A DNA stretch of 46,678 nt from Ionaspis alba (GCA_964255285.1 CAXUUL010000049.1:1-46678); one strand, 5' to 3'; numbered from the stretch's first letter, positions 1 to 14,000 are shown. Notes: a model not told the origin generated them from the letters alone. Made by a program: numbers and translations.

Positions 1-1912
1 TACGCAAGCGGAGAAGTGTCGCAAAAAAATCTTAGTCTTCCCTATCACCAATACCCGTTGAGGTCGTTCCCATTTGCCCCGGTGGCTTTTATTTATACTC
101 TAGGCTACTGGACGTTATATTGAGAAAACAGTCCGACTTGGGAAGATCGCTAGAAAGCCCACATGAGAGCAGGTAGAAATACTTACATATACGTAGGATT
201 GGAGTTTATGTAATCCTCAAGAGATGAGCAAGTACCTTACTTTTATCAGACATGTAGGACAAGATCGTGAACTTTACAGCTTTAAAACGTAAAAATGTTG
301 TGAAGGTGTCTAGATATGGCTATATGTCATATTTTGATAAACAGTGCCTGTTCAGACTTGATCGCTGTGTAAATAGTCTGTTTTCGTGTCAACGAGCTTC
401 ACATCATTGGGTTATCAAAAGACGTCACTCCCTCCAACTGGTGAATATGTGACGTCTCCTTCGTTCACTACAGTCACCAAAATGACGAAGTATACCTCGT
501 GAATAACGCCGTGATCAAGACACGCAGTGCCTTTTCATCCAGCCCATCTGGATCTGGTACCAAGGCGTGGTCGGGACTCTACGAGAAGCCCGGACAGCGT
601 GACACGAAAATACCCCTCTGCTACTGCGCGTATTGTCGATCTTGACGGCCACCAGCATTGTTTCCAATGATGACGCGTGGAAGAGACCTTGAACCACTGG
701 TCCATGGAAACATTCGGTTATAAATCTGTCGTGTCTGACCGGGGTGGTAGATCCTCACCTGCTCTACCAGCCAGACCAGAGATTTGTCGACTCTGCTATC
801 AGGATAATCCAAGAGTCGGGCTCGTGCAATTGAATGCTCAAAAACCTCGATGTCGGTAGTACGGTCCAGGGGGCCGTTGGGCAGCAAGGCTCCGACCTCG
901 ATGTTGATAAGCCATGGAACACCATACTGATTGAGCATGGGTGTTGGCCATCAAGCATTCTCCTCCAGGTATGACAAAGTGAGGTCATTGTGGACTAACC
1001 CAGGCTCGAGGCGTAATTGAGCATCAAGTGTGCTAACGCAATGATGGCGTAAAGCAGGAACCGGACAACAATCATGTGAGTTCAAAGATAGTAGTACACA
1101 AGCGCTTAAGAAATTGGTATGATGAGAGCGTGTGCAGATATACAAAGCCATTAGGTTCCTAGGAAATACTTGGTAGCTCAGCTCTATGAGAGAGCGGTCC
1201 CAGATCCGAACGAAATATGCAACAAGTTCAGAGAGTCGAATTAGATAGTGTTATTCAGGATTCGGGCACAGGTTGTCGAGCAACGAAGTGGCGAACCAAA
1301 CAGGTCATTGGAGGAGATACCAGAACTCAATGCTAGTAGTGCCTATCAATAAATATTCATTGAGCATAATCTTGGAAGTCCAGAGAAATTGTTGAACCAG
1401 ACTGATCAAGTGATCGAAGCTCAACATAGTCATCCTCCTTCCTTTGCAAGGGGGCCACGTTTGCAGCGGTGTTTGTTCCTTCCAGGAATCTCCTGCGATC
1501 AAGCGACAAGCGAGCTGCTATAGGGCTCGAAGGCAGTTCTCCCATTGGTTGCAACTCCGGTCACCGCCTGCACCTACTCTGCACAGGACTCCGAGATCCT
1601 GAATCAGATCGATGCACTCTACAGGTCCTCAGGTCTTTAACGTGCAATGCAGCTCCGTTTGGCTGCCATGGAGGGCATCTCCACGCTTTCTGCACATTTC
1701 ACCGACACATGAGGAACTTCTGTCTTCCATTAATTCTCCTCCACATCTTGGCCTATTCTTAATTCGCAACGGCATGCCCCGATCGGGGAGGGCTGAACCA
1801 GGTAGGCGCAGCCACGCTGAAAGGCATGCCCAGAGACTTTTATAGATATCCCTAACTATCTCCCACCAGCCTGAACATTTTACCTCTTCATCGCTCCTCC
1901 AACATCGCCAGC

Positions 1913-2813
1913 ATGCCCTCGCTCTACACCCTCCTCGGCGTTTCTTATCCCTTCGATGCCACCTCGCGACTCACAACCTCCTGGCTGCTTCCTCCCTATG
2001 CCCTCGCCTTGATCCGACTCCTTTTCGCGCTCTACGCCTTCTTCACGCTCTTCTTCATCATCGCCTGGAACGAGGTTAAGCTGCGCGACATCCTCAATCG
2101 CCAATCTTTCTCCTACTTCACCGTCCTCGGCTACTGGGGCTTAGCCTTCTACTTCCTCTTCAGCGGTCTGCACACTCTTTCCTATGCGCGTCGCGGAGTC
2201 TCTTGGCTGCAACGATGGCCACGACCCCTACAGGCGGCGCATGTTCTCTATTACTCGACTGTGACGACATTCCCGTTGCTGGTCACGATTGTCTTTTGGG
2301 TGATCCTGTACAAACCGCCGTTCTTCCCTATAAGATTCAATGCGTGGTCAAATGTACGTCAAAACCCCCTTCGCAGAATTCTATTCTCGTCCGAATATTA
2401 GGCGAAAGCTTCAATTGACACCTAATCAGATTTCCCAGCACGCACTCAACTCCCTCTTCGCCATCTTTGAAATCTTCATCCCCCGCACCTCGCCACCCGC
2501 ACCGTTCCACATCCTCCTAATCACCATTATTCTCGCCATGTACCTCTCCCTCGCTTACGTGACCCACGCCACTGAGGGCTTCTACACCTACGGTTTCCTG
2601 GATCCAGCACAAGGCGCTGGCAAAACAGCTGCGTACATTGTTGGTGTACTCGCGGCCGCGATCATCATTTTTGGTGTGGTCTGGGGACTCATATGGTTAC
2701 GGAGATGGTTGACGGAGACGGTTATGGGAATGAGAGGAAAGCTTTCCTGGAGGGATAGGGGGGCTCGAAGGGAGATTGAAGACGAGGAAATGGTGATCGT
2801 GCATGACAAGTAG
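1913..2813 (+). CDS. Conserved fungal multi-pass membrane protein (FAR-17a/AIG1-like), 2 exons (1913-2353, 2430-2813)
   Basis: Two hydrophobic ORFs are joined in phase 0 by a GTACGT...CTAATCAG intron (2354-2429), giving ...NAWSN|ISQHALNS.... Motifs FSYFTVLGYWG and YTYGFLDP and several TM segments are present. The family name is from recall. Confidence 0.8.
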
Positions 2814-3244
2814 GAAAATGATATTATCTATTATCTATGACATGGGATTTGAGCACGATTGGTTCTGCGTATGGGGCAATTCATTGCACTTCTGGTAGCC
2901 TGGCGATGCTTTCGATACCAATTTTTTGACCTTACCTGTATAGATGGAGACTCTAGACCCGTTTTGGATTCTCTGTATTCACTTTTAGCTCCGAACCAAG
3001 ATTCGACCAGAAGACAGCACAGGACAGTATGAACGCTTCGAAGACAGTACCTGGACGCGTTGCTCTATATCATAATATTCATGTAAGCCATAGATAAATT
3101 TCTGGTCCATTATGAAGACATTCAACTGTAGTCCCAAGATGCAATGGAATGCACAGACTAGTCTCCCAACAGTGATGCATACAGGCTCGTCATCCTAGAA
3201 CATTCTCAACGCCACCGTTTGCCTCCATCTTAAGCCATGGAGTC

Positions 3245-4737
3245 TCACAAAACACGGCCCTCACCTAGTTCCTTTTCCAACTCTTTGACATATCTTTCCC
3301 ACGTCTCGATGACTCCCTCATAGAACACCACGTGTTGCCCCGCCAAATTGCCTAAGGTATCACGAAACTCAGCCGCCTTGATCCGCTCAAAGTCCGCAAC
3401 TTCCTTGACGACCTCCTCATCGAACATTTCGGTGGTCCTCTTCGCCTCCTCCACCTCTCGCGTCAGCCTGTCGATCTGCAGCTCTAGTTTCCGTACCCTT
3501 TCCCGTCTTGATTGCTCGTGGTCAACACCACGGACATCTTCAATCTTGGACCGGATGAAGCCTGTCGGAGAAGACAGAGCGGACGATGGATGTGCGGAAG
3601 CGAGAGTGTCGCGGTCATAGGAAGCTTTGGTGAGGTACTCGGTCAGACCTTCGAAATCTAGCTGTTTCTGCTCGCGAGTTTTCAGCAACGATTTTACTGC
3701 CGTGATGTACGCTTCCATATCCCGCAAGCTGCCGAGGTAATTCTGATCTGTGTGCTCCTTGAGCGCACCAAGCCCCTTTGCCGTGACCTCAACCGCTTGC
3801 GCAAAAGCGTGAAGGGGGACTTCCACTCCAGGTTCTAGCATCACGAGTTTCATGAACTGCGTGGAGAGGTCGTTGTAGTCGTTCTCGAGGTCATTTTCCC
3901 GTCTCGCGACCCGGGCAACGATCTTCTCTACGTGGCCGAGATCCTCATCTAGCTTGTCGGCTTTCTCGCGCACTTCGATGAAGCGCTTATCGGGCTTGTG
4001 CACTTTACTGAAGGCGTTGACGAAAGTGTCGGCGAAGTTGTCGAATACACTGCTTCCGCCCTCGCTGACGCTGCTGCCTCGACTTGGTCGAAGACGCATG
4101 TGGGCATTCCATTCGGGGCTTTCGAGGAAAATGGTGAGAAGAGTGCTCCGGCGAAGGACTGGATGGAGAGTCAATCTCTTCAGGAAGCGGTGCAGGGAGT
4201 GTGCTCGTCGTTGCGTAAAGTCGGATCCAAAGCGGTCACCACGGACATATTCCATCTTGTGCTTGTCTGGTAGGGGAGGTACGGCGCATGCGGCATATTC
4301 CTTCGAGAGAGATTTGTAGAGGAAGACAAAGTCTGTGAAGCGTCGGCGGATACTGAAATCGGACTTTTGGAAGGATTTAAAGTCTGTCTAAACAACGAAG
4401 CACGTCAATCAAAATTCCTAGCTAGATGATCCAGGATCATTCTCGAGAGACTCACGTGTGTAGTGATAAGATATGAGACGTAGGCATCCTTTGTGCCATC
4501 GCTCTCCTTGAGCGGTGACCCCACCGAGCAGTCCAATCTTCCATCTCCAATTCCTGCAAGGTCCACGGCATCCGCGTTTCGTCCAGCTTGATGAGCATTG
4601 CTACTCGTTCTTCGCTTGCCATTCACTCCAGGCCGACGCCTACTCTCAGCCCCTTCGTTTTGGGTTGCTGACGTAGATCTCGATGACGGAACTGCGGTCT
4701 CGCGCTGCCAGGAAACACCCTCAAAGTCGTTGTCCAT
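3245..4737 (-). CDS. SNX4: Sorting nexin-4 / Atg24 (PX-BAR), 2 exons (4737-4456, 4387-3245), ~474 aa
   Basis: ATG at 4737 (MDNDFEGVSW). Intron 4455-4388 (GTGAGT...TTTAG) joins YVSYLITTH|TDFKSFQKSDFSIRRRFTDF, a PX domain with VPPLPDKH, followed by a helical BAR domain. Confidence 0.93.
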
Positions 4738-5769
4738 TGATGTCAACCTGAATCAAGCTATAGTTTGTCTAGGCCTAGGTAGGGAGTTTTGGTTGAGAGC
4801 AGTTTCAAAGATCTCGATCCGATAACTTGTTCCGAGCTCATTCGTTACTAGTAAGCCGAGGATTGGGGAGAGTGGTTTCAGTTAGAGAATCGAGCGAGGC
4901 AAAGGATCAAACGGTGAAGTGAGTCATGCAGGCTTGATTTTCGAAGATGTGGAGGACTTGATGGAGAGTTATGTTTGACAATTGAAGCTCGCTTGCCAAC
5001 GTTGTGGTGTAAGGTCGCGCTTGATGCTCGGTTGACATGCCGATTGAATCGGAACCAATTCCTTGTCACGGATAATATAAGTGTATTTCACTGACAATCA
5101 GAGTCGACTATTCCAGGCATACTCCCTTCATATCTTTTAATTTTGAAGTAAAATGAATACGAGTCACAACGCGATAAGGTACGGAGTGCTAGTCGAGGAC
5201 ATACGACCACCTACACTAAAGTAGTTGAGCTGCTCTAGGTTATGGCACGTGTCTCACAAAATCACGAGCATAGGGTTGGCGACCTAATGAGTGAATTTTA
5301 TAGAAATGTCACAAGGTTGGGAATGCTGGATGCCTCCTCTGAATAACAGTTTGCACATTTCCAACTGCCAATTAAGCACAAACAGAATATTGATCGCAAG
5401 ATCTTCTCGATCTGTAAGAGAAGTACTAATAGTAATGCACAGTATTATTATCCTCTCCGTGGGCTTCACTGGTCCCGTCAAATCAGCCCGAACGCCGCGC
5501 TTATATTAAAAGCTCATAGATTCCCACCATGGAACCTGCCAAGACTGATGGCGTCTGAATTTGGTGCTCATTTTATCGTTGCATTCATTATCCCTCCACT
5601 GGCCATCCTTCCGCCGAACCCTTTCCAATTCTCATGCGTTCAAGGCACGCTGGCTTGATGAGCTCTCTCGGTGGCCGTACTTTCCTCTGCTGTGACTCTT
5701 TCCTCATAGATAACTTCCGCGGGTGGGGACTCGGGCATATAATCCCGCATCGTACTGGCTGCTGCAAAG

Positions 5770-6622
5770 TCACTCGCAGTAGGTTGTGCCGGAATACTGA
5801 CTACCACCGCCGAGGGATCTGGGCGGAGACCGCGAATGGCTTCGTGTGTCTTGTGCAGGGGCGACGATATTGGGAAATGGTGGGAGGATTGTTCTTGGGG
5901 AGATCTCTGGGGAGCATTGGCAATCTCCTGTGGGTGGCTCTGGCAAAGGCTTTGGGAGCCAAAACCCTGATTGGGCGTTTGCGAATTGTATTGCCATTGA
6001 TGGCGGTGCTGCTGACCTTGCAGTTGAAGGTATTGGGGGATGAGACTCGATTCGTCTTGGTGAGCGGGATGGGGCTGCGTAGACATTCATCAGAACGGAT
6101 GTCTTGGAGAACAGTCAGAACTTGGTACCTTCTTAAATGTACACAAAGAAGGCGCTCGATACAAACAGTGCCCGAGTATTTTATTCGAACGATGTAAGAT
6201 CGTGGACAGGAACATACCGGATATAAACCGATGTCACAAGCTGATTGTTCTACAGCTGGATTTCCATTGAAGCAAGACTGGCGAGTATGAGTATCAACCT
6301 GCCATCTGCGACTTGTCAAATGGGTGATATTTGGATCCTGCAGAGATGGAAGAGGCCCTTCTCTCGATCGCTCCGCCACCATCCAGTGGTGCGGCATATC
6401 TAGATGCGGTTTTTGCTGATAGTATTGCACATTTTGCACACGATCTCTTGATGGAGGGAGTGCGGGCAGTTCCATGTGAGTATGGACGTTGTCCGGAAAC
6501 CTGGCTTCGCCGAACTCAGTATCTCTGTTTCGGTTGCTTGCTCCTGTTGAGGTATCTTGGATGTAAGAATCTCGACAACGGAGTAAGAAGCAGCAGAAGG
6601 TTTCGCAGAACCACAAGCACAT
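5770..6622 (-). CDS. Orphan hypothetical protein, 2 exons (6622-6218, 6102-5770), ~245 aa, Cys-rich N-terminus and Pro/Ser-rich C-terminus
   Basis: A GTATGT donor (6217), CTGAC branch site (6118-6114) and AAG acceptor (6103) join ORF 6622 in phase 0 to the 5770-6090 frame. No recognisable family. Confidence 0.45.
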
Positions 6623-7606
6623 AGCTTGCGCGGAAAAGAATAATATGAATGGCGATGATGAGATAGATAGACATTGAATATTAGATTAGCAAATACCCCA
6701 ATGAATTCGGGTGGAATAGTTGATTAAGGCAATAGTGGAAGAGAGTACAACGACAGTATAGGTAGGTAACAGGGATTGATTATCGATTAGAATGGATAAT
6801 AATCCAGTATTATTATTTCCAGTACTGAACTGCAGCACTGCTGTACAGGAATTGTGGTGAATAAGAAGTGGGTGTGTGCCGCAGGAAGACAAGCTGGGAA
6901 AGCATTGTATATGAGGCTCCGGTACATGTTATAAACAACATGAAATACTCACAGATATTGGTTGTGGGCAACATGTGGGATGGGTAACACCTCGCGGAAA
7001 CAACACTTGAAAATACTTCCAACAGTCGGAACGCCTAGTGTTTGTAATGTCTGGGAAGGGACTGGAAGGAGCATTAGGCTCGTGAAGAGTTGGGTTGCAT
7101 TCTGTCTGGTAGGCACGATAAATTGAGACAGAGATCTCGGGTCTTAATATAGGCCATACACGAGCCAAGATGCGCATTGGTGTTGAGGAAATTGGGCATT
7201 GTCGGTTTTTATGGGAAATCGAACATTTGACTCGGCAGTCCAAAGTTACCTGCTATCTTCGAGTCTAATATTCTATGACATATTTGGGATCTATAACACA
7301 CTCCTATCTTGTTCGAGACTACTAGACTACGACGTATGCCATACTTCTTGATCAACTCAATAAGATCTTCTGTGATCACGGTCTTTGCGCCGTCCACCGA
7401 AATGGGAGACTGCAGTGAATATTGGACATCGTATCGGTATGGATAGACTCTAGTATGAGTATCATACAATACCAGCACCGAAGCCAGTCGCGGAGCAGCA
7501 CTAGAACCTCATCCATTTCAAGCTTCAGTAGCAATTTCCAAAACGCCTGGTGATGCTCCGGAACCTACACGAGACGCCTCCCATGAAAGTGAACCCCTGC
7601 CCGTAT

Positions 7607-10163
7607 CTATTTCTCCGATATGTGAGTTGGGCTTCCACTGCCCTTGCGATGCTGCTTTTCCGGCTCCTCGTCCTTGTACTCCTCTTCGGCTTCGCTGAAG
7701 ATTTCTTCGTCGCTTTCTCCAGCAAATGCATCGTACAACTCTCCTGCTCTTTTCTTTACTCTTCTCCCATCTGCACTCAATGGTACGCCAGCAGCCGCAT
7801 CCTGGTCGTTCAACATTTCAAACTCGTAATCTGCCCGATTGATTCGAGCACGGCGACGGCGCCAGACGCAAAAGAAGATGCCAAGTGCGGTGCAGAACAG
7901 GACTATGGTTGCCACTGCACCGTAGATCCAGATCTGAGTACGGGGAGAAACACCAAACGTAGGAAAGATGGACGGGAGGAGGAACGTAGGAGTGGGGGTA
8001 GGTGTGATATCTGAGGCTACAGAGGATGCCGGAGAAGTAGTACTGGGGGTGGATGACGAGTCAGCTGTCGTGGAGGTTACGGATGTGGGCTTTGCGTTGA
8101 CAGGTCGAGTAATATGATCAGATGGCTGGACTGGGAGCTCCGTCTGAGGTGCACCTGCGGAAAGAGTCGTGGTGCCTACATCCGCGGGAATCGTATCGTG
8201 ATCATCATCGTCGTGTTCGGTAGGCATCGGAAGGATTTTCTGTTTTGATCCATCAATAGATTCGCCCCAAAGAGTGATTCTCCAGTCCGTGAAGTTCCCG
8301 TTGTGGTGGTTCACGTTGGTGTCTTTGACGACAACGGTCCATTTGCCTATGCCCGATTCACCCCTATACTCTATTAGAGCGAAGACTTGCATCATTCAAT
8401 TGCACAACTTACCAATGAACCACGGACATGAAAGTCCAGTCATTGTAGCCGCCTCGGTACTCGTCATGTCGTCTCGCCGTACTAATGTGACTGACAAGAT
8501 TTTCCGGGCTGATAAGGTCCACACTGAGATCCCCTCGGCGTGAATGCTCGATGTTCATCGTCACGGTAACGTGCTCGAGCCTCTCAAGATTGGCGCCCTT
8601 GAGCATTTCCTTTGTGATCTCGAAAGAGCTTGAAAGGCCTTTTCGACCCTGGGGAATTGGATGATTGACGTGCTGCCACGGGGATTTGAACCACGCCTGG
8701 GGCTTTACCGACTTGAAAGTTTTCGCAGCTTCCACAAGAGCGTATGCATCTAATTTGCCGTATCCGTAGGTATGGCTATATTTCTTCCCAATGAATGTGG
8801 TATGCCATTCTTCGTGTTCGTTGACTGGAACAGCGGTCTGCATGCACAGGTATTGCAGATCTCGCCAGTTCAAATCGGGACGAACGCTAAGGACAAGAGC
8901 TAGAATCCCGGCTCCGAGTGGAGCTGCGGCCGAAGTGCCTCCGTGATTTGAATAACAGTTGTCCGTACCAACGTCTGTGGTGTGAATAGCATCACCACTG
9001 CCACTGCTATATGTGACCACCAACTGCGCAGAGCATTTCTCGGAGTAGTAAGGATGTCGACCCTTTCTGTCAATAGCACCGACAGTGATACTGTAAATGC
9101 TATTGGTATACCCATCAAAATTGCAATTGTCATCAGCTGCAGCACCGTTGCCTGCCGCAAACACGAACACACTACCCTTACCTCCTCTTCCATTCTGTAT
9201 GCCATTGACGATGGCACGTTTGATCAGGGTATTTGGCGCATCCATTGCTCTCCCATCATCCGGAGGTCCCCACGAGCACGAGTAGATCTGATTCTTCTGC
9301 ATTTGGTAGTTGATGGCCACAGCTTCATCCTCATCGGATATGGTTTGAGACAGTATGCGGAGTCCAGCAACTTTCGAGTCGTATGCAACACCGACACCAC
9401 AGACATTGTTCTTCACCGCAGCAATCTCACCCGCACAACGTGTTCCGTGACGGTCTTCAGCAAGTCGGGGCCGTGGCTCATCCGTGTGATCATTAAAATC
9501 GTAAGATCCTTCAGCAAAGTAATTGTCCTTTAGATCGTCGCTGTACATGTCCAAACCGTCGTCGACAACAACAACCGTAGCATTCTTGCCGGTGATACCC
9601 TGCATCCATACTCCGGTTACGTTCACATCATGGCCAAGCTCTCTCGAGTTGAACAAATGCCATTGTTCTGCAAAGATAGGGTCTCGTATGTGCAGTTTCC
9701 GTGCTATCTTTTGCCTTTGCGCTATTGCAGCCGTCGATCCGACTGGCTTCGTATCCGTAGGCTCCCCGCTGATGATCGGGGGTGCTCGTACAGCCGGAGG
9801 AGGGATGACATTTCGCTTGTGCATTCGAGGTTTCAGCTTCTGCTTTTGGGACCACAGGATGGAACCCAGTGGTCCTCTATTGGGCGAAGTGTCTCGCTTC
9901 CTTCGTCGGATTCGTAACTCTTCAAGTACCTCTCCGGCTCCATGGCGTCTCTCCTTTGGCGCCGAGAAATAGTGATGGTCAGGGAGTTCCCCAAGCTGTC
10001 CTTCATATTCCAGACCGAGGAAGGAAGCGACAGCGCGAGGGGACGCTTTACGTTCCAGATGAAGTGTATAGTAGTCGTGTGTATCGTAGTTTCTTGGCTT
10101 AAGGGTCGTCGCTGTGCTGATGCAGGCCAGCACGAGCAATGCCCAAGAGGCAGCGAAACGCAT
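7607..10163 (-). CDS. KEX2: Kexin / Kex2 subtilisin-like proprotein convertase, 2 exons (10163-8413, 8363-7607), ~835 aa
   Basis: Signal peptide and KR propeptide sites; catalytic motifs VVDDG, HGTRCAGE and GGTSAA; P domain, S/T-rich stalk, TM helix, and a tail with YEFEML/LYDAF. The 49-nt intron 8412-8364 restores VVHW|GESG. Confidence 0.97.
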
Positions 10164-11076
10164 AGTTCGAATTAAGCAGAGACGTTCCCACGGTGACGAA
10201 ATGCCATGAAGTAGCCACCTAGCAAGGTAATGGATAGAAAGAGAGTAAGAGTATGGAGGTAATTGATGAAAGTCGTTGTCAGCAACGGTTGCCCGTATGT
10301 AGGAGAGGTTTGGCCGACTCCGTTTTTGTTCCTTCCAAGAGAAGAGCGAAACAAAGAATCTCCTGGAGTACCTGGAGATCTTCGAAGAATGGAAAGAGAG
10401 GAAAGAAGAAGCAAATGATGAGTGATACTGAGTGAAGCTGCAGCACCAACTCCAGGTAGTGTGTTGGTATTCGTGTCTTCGTCAAATTATACGCACGTTG
10501 CGGCCACCGTCAAAAAGTTGGAAGGGTGCAACAGGGATGATCTGAGCTGCCATTGGTTCATTCAAAATGTACTAGCCCGACAGGGGAGGTTGTTAGTGCG
10601 GGTCTGCTTCCAAGCTCAATCCATGTTACAGGTAACGAGTCTATCGAAGTATTGTTACATTACTACCATCATTGCCACGAGTGCTCGAACGACAGCCAGC
10701 ACTCAGCCTCACACTGCTCTACACTCACGCAAGATATTCTAAACTTGCAAGCCTCCCATGGACTGATTAGTGCCCGTGATAAAGCAAAGCTTCTTGCCTT
10801 CTATCAATTCGAGTCTCGCTGATTGAGATCTGTGCATGTACAACAGTGCACCATGCTCAAATACTTCAATCACGCCACTTCGCTACCTACATTGGGTGAA
10901 GGCTCGTGAGGCCCTCAACCACTGCCGATTATTCTGTTCGGGGAGTACCGTGGGTCTTAAGTGCATGGCTGACGTCTCTGATGTTCTCTGCGCTCCCCTT
11001 CCATCGAGGGAACGTCGTGAATCAGACACATCTCTAGTCCCCTCTTCCGACCCTAAAATTGGAACCGTTAGTCCAG

Positions 11077-14000
11077 ATGGAGTCTACCGACCATACACAG
11101 TTGTTCCTCGACACGTCAAGACAGCCACTGCGGATCGATCCTAATCTTCCGCCACCACCGATATCTGCAACTTCCCCAAGGTCGTACGTTTCACCGTCGT
11201 CGGACTACGGTGTGCTATCACTGGACAATGGAATAGGCAGGACGACTTCACGCAGGCGCAAAGTCAGTGGACAGAGCTATGCTAGAACACCCGAGAAACC
11301 TGAAATACTGCCTGCCGCCCCAGATGTACCGACCAGTACACCGCTCGGGCCCCCAGTATCCTATCGAGATCCATACGCCAATGGTGAGGTTTTGCCAACT
11401 AGGACTGGGTCGCAAAGATCGTTCGCTACAAGGGCAGGATCTTTTCCCGAGAGCGTGGATCCGGCGTTAGCCAACTCAATTGCAGCTAGCAAGTTGCCTT
11501 CCCTGAGCAATCACAATCATTCTCGAAACGGGAGCATGAATCAGCACACAGATTTCAACTATCCTCAAGGTAAGCGGCCTGTGACGTCGTCATTCTCCTC
11601 TTCGAATACTCCTTCCTTCCCCCAGCAGTCTATAAGTCGCCAGACGGCACCGAGAACATCAAATAGCGACTCCGTTCCAAACAGCGCAGTTCCCATCTCA
11701 TCGCCTATCAGGTCTGGATCGAAGCGAGTATCTGGGGGAGTCGTTGAGCCACGAGCAGAATGGGCTTCTGATCGTTCGCCGTTGCAGACGCTGGAAGGAA
11801 AACTTCATGACATCAGTAAGGAAGAGAAAAGAGCTCGAGTGCAACAAGCTGAGCAACTTCTGAGAGAAGTCAATGCAGCAAAGATGGCCGGACAAGGCAG
11901 TACTAAAGGGAATAAGGCTGTCACTGTGAGGCAGTCCAAGCCCACTTCAAACGGTCCAACGAACGATCGGCATGTCAGTTCTAATGAACATCTCAGCCAT
12001 GAACATCTCAGCCATGAACATCTCAGCCATGAACATCTCAGCCATGAACATCTNNNNNNNNNNNNNNNNNNNNNNNNNNNNNNNNNNNNNNNNNNNNNNN
12101 NNNNNNNNNNNNNNNNNNNNNNNNNNNNNNNNNNNNNNNNNNNNNNNNNNNNNATGAACATCTCAGCCATGAACATCTCAGCCATGAACATCTCAGCCAT
12201 GAACATCTCAGCCATGAACACCGTAACCTACCTACTAGTACAGATACTCATGCCAAGACCGTCAATCATAACCTACCTCGGAAGTCCGTTGCAAAGGAAT
12301 CTCCGAGCGCTCACGGGATATTAAGAGGCTCTAGTATTCATGAGACGTCGCTAGAAGAGAAGTTAGTGGGCTTGAAAGATTCTAGTGTCCATTCACAGCC
12401 CAATGAAAAGCGGAGAAGATCGATTGGGGCACCAAGCCACAACGCCGCACCCGATCGTGCTGTACGATTTCAGAGCGAGACAAGTACTGGCGACAGAAAC
12501 AGAGAGCCTCAATCGCCGAACGCTCCGATGCAAGGTGGTATTCGGAATAGTAAGACCTTGCAGGAAAGTCCATACGTCGACCTGTCACCAAACGGTACCA
12601 AGAGGAGATCCAGTCTGCAGTCACATCCTGCGGAGGGCACAGAGTCTAGACGGACAGTGTCTACCCAGCAGCAACAGCTTTATACCCATAAGATGGATAG
12701 TCCACGCACGAAAAATTCTGCCGACGCTTTTGGCGGCTCACCAGACCCACTACCGGTTCATGCAGCCCGTACTTACGACCACACCCTCAAGTATGAAGTC
12801 CCACCTCAGACAGCCGCTGGAATTGACGCACGAAATCGGGTAGACTTCGGAAGTGGGGCTACAACGCATACGGATACTTCTACCCATCATAAACACCACT
12901 TTTCTGCAATGTTGCATAGGCAAGGTCAGGGCCTTCACAAATCGCCAGATCCGTCGATTGGCCAATCGAAGCAGTTCAGTGATTGGAAGCAAGGCGGCGT
13001 GGCCCGATTGACTCTGGAAGATATAGTGCCTAGTAGGGACAAGCCCACAGAGAACAACGCATGGTGGGAGAGTCCCAAGTATGGAAGCAATCGGAGAAGA
13101 AGCAATTCCCAGAACATCAACGACGGTTTCCTTGGACATGATCAAGGCCATGAAGATGGTATTGGTAAGGACTATCCCTATTTCTCCAATGACTCTCAAG
13201 TCAAGCTCGACCCAATGGGTAGAGTAGTGCGGACAAGACAATATATTAGTCAAGATAGGACCCAAAGAGTCCGGTGGAGGAATCTTTTATGGCTTCGACA
13301 ACCTCAGTCTATTTTAGAGCTACGCTCCACTCCTGGAATGAATCGTGTTCTCACCTCCTCTTATTCCTACTCCTGTCCACAACTGTCCGAACATGATCCT
13401 TTTCACATTGACCATATATGCAAGCCATACGTGAGTAAAGAGCTAACTCGAAGTATGCGGTCTATCCGCATACGTATTCCAGCAGTTCCAACTTCGTTCA
13501 ATCCACCTCTCCTCCTCAAGTGTGGCCCCTTATTGCGCTACACGGGTCTCAAACGTGACGTGCTTGATTCCGGTACCAGAACGACCTTGTCTGCCAGTGA
13601 ACGGGAAACATGGCGCGGTAGTGTTATGATCGTCACAGTCGATTCACGATCTACATATGATCCAGTACCAACACTTCGACTCTTTCACCAACCGATGAAC
13701 CTTCTCCCCCCTCCTCCTCAACAAGTGGATGGATCTAAAGGCGAGCAGTTGCCTTCTGAATATGTCGATCCGATTGCAGGTCTGCCAAAGATGTCAAGGA
13801 CAGGCAGCACAGTTTACGTGAAACCTGTTGAGGATCTTGAGGAAGGAGTCGACGTTTCTCGGATCGAGAACGATGATGGTTTGTACGAGGAGACCCGCAC
13901 AGCGAATGTTCCGACGTCGTATGGTAAGGCAGATGAGTTCCTAGGACGCAGCCCTTTGCCCGTACCAGGCAAGAACAGATCAGATCCTAGAGCCGATCCA

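Noticed and set aside
515..1762. Several short minus-strand ORFs (621-938, 951-1151, 1357-1554) as a possible gene or relic
   Set aside because: I could not build a consistent spliced model or recognise any motif.
5199..5210. ACATACGACCAC resembles the 5' end of fungal 5S rRNA
   Set aside because: The following sequence lacks 5S internal motifs and the complementary 3' end.
11972..12324. (MNISA)n peptide repeat and apparent frameshift or split of the PhoD-like gene
   Set aside because: This is an artefact of the 100-N placeholder gap. The EHLSH frame is open on both sides.
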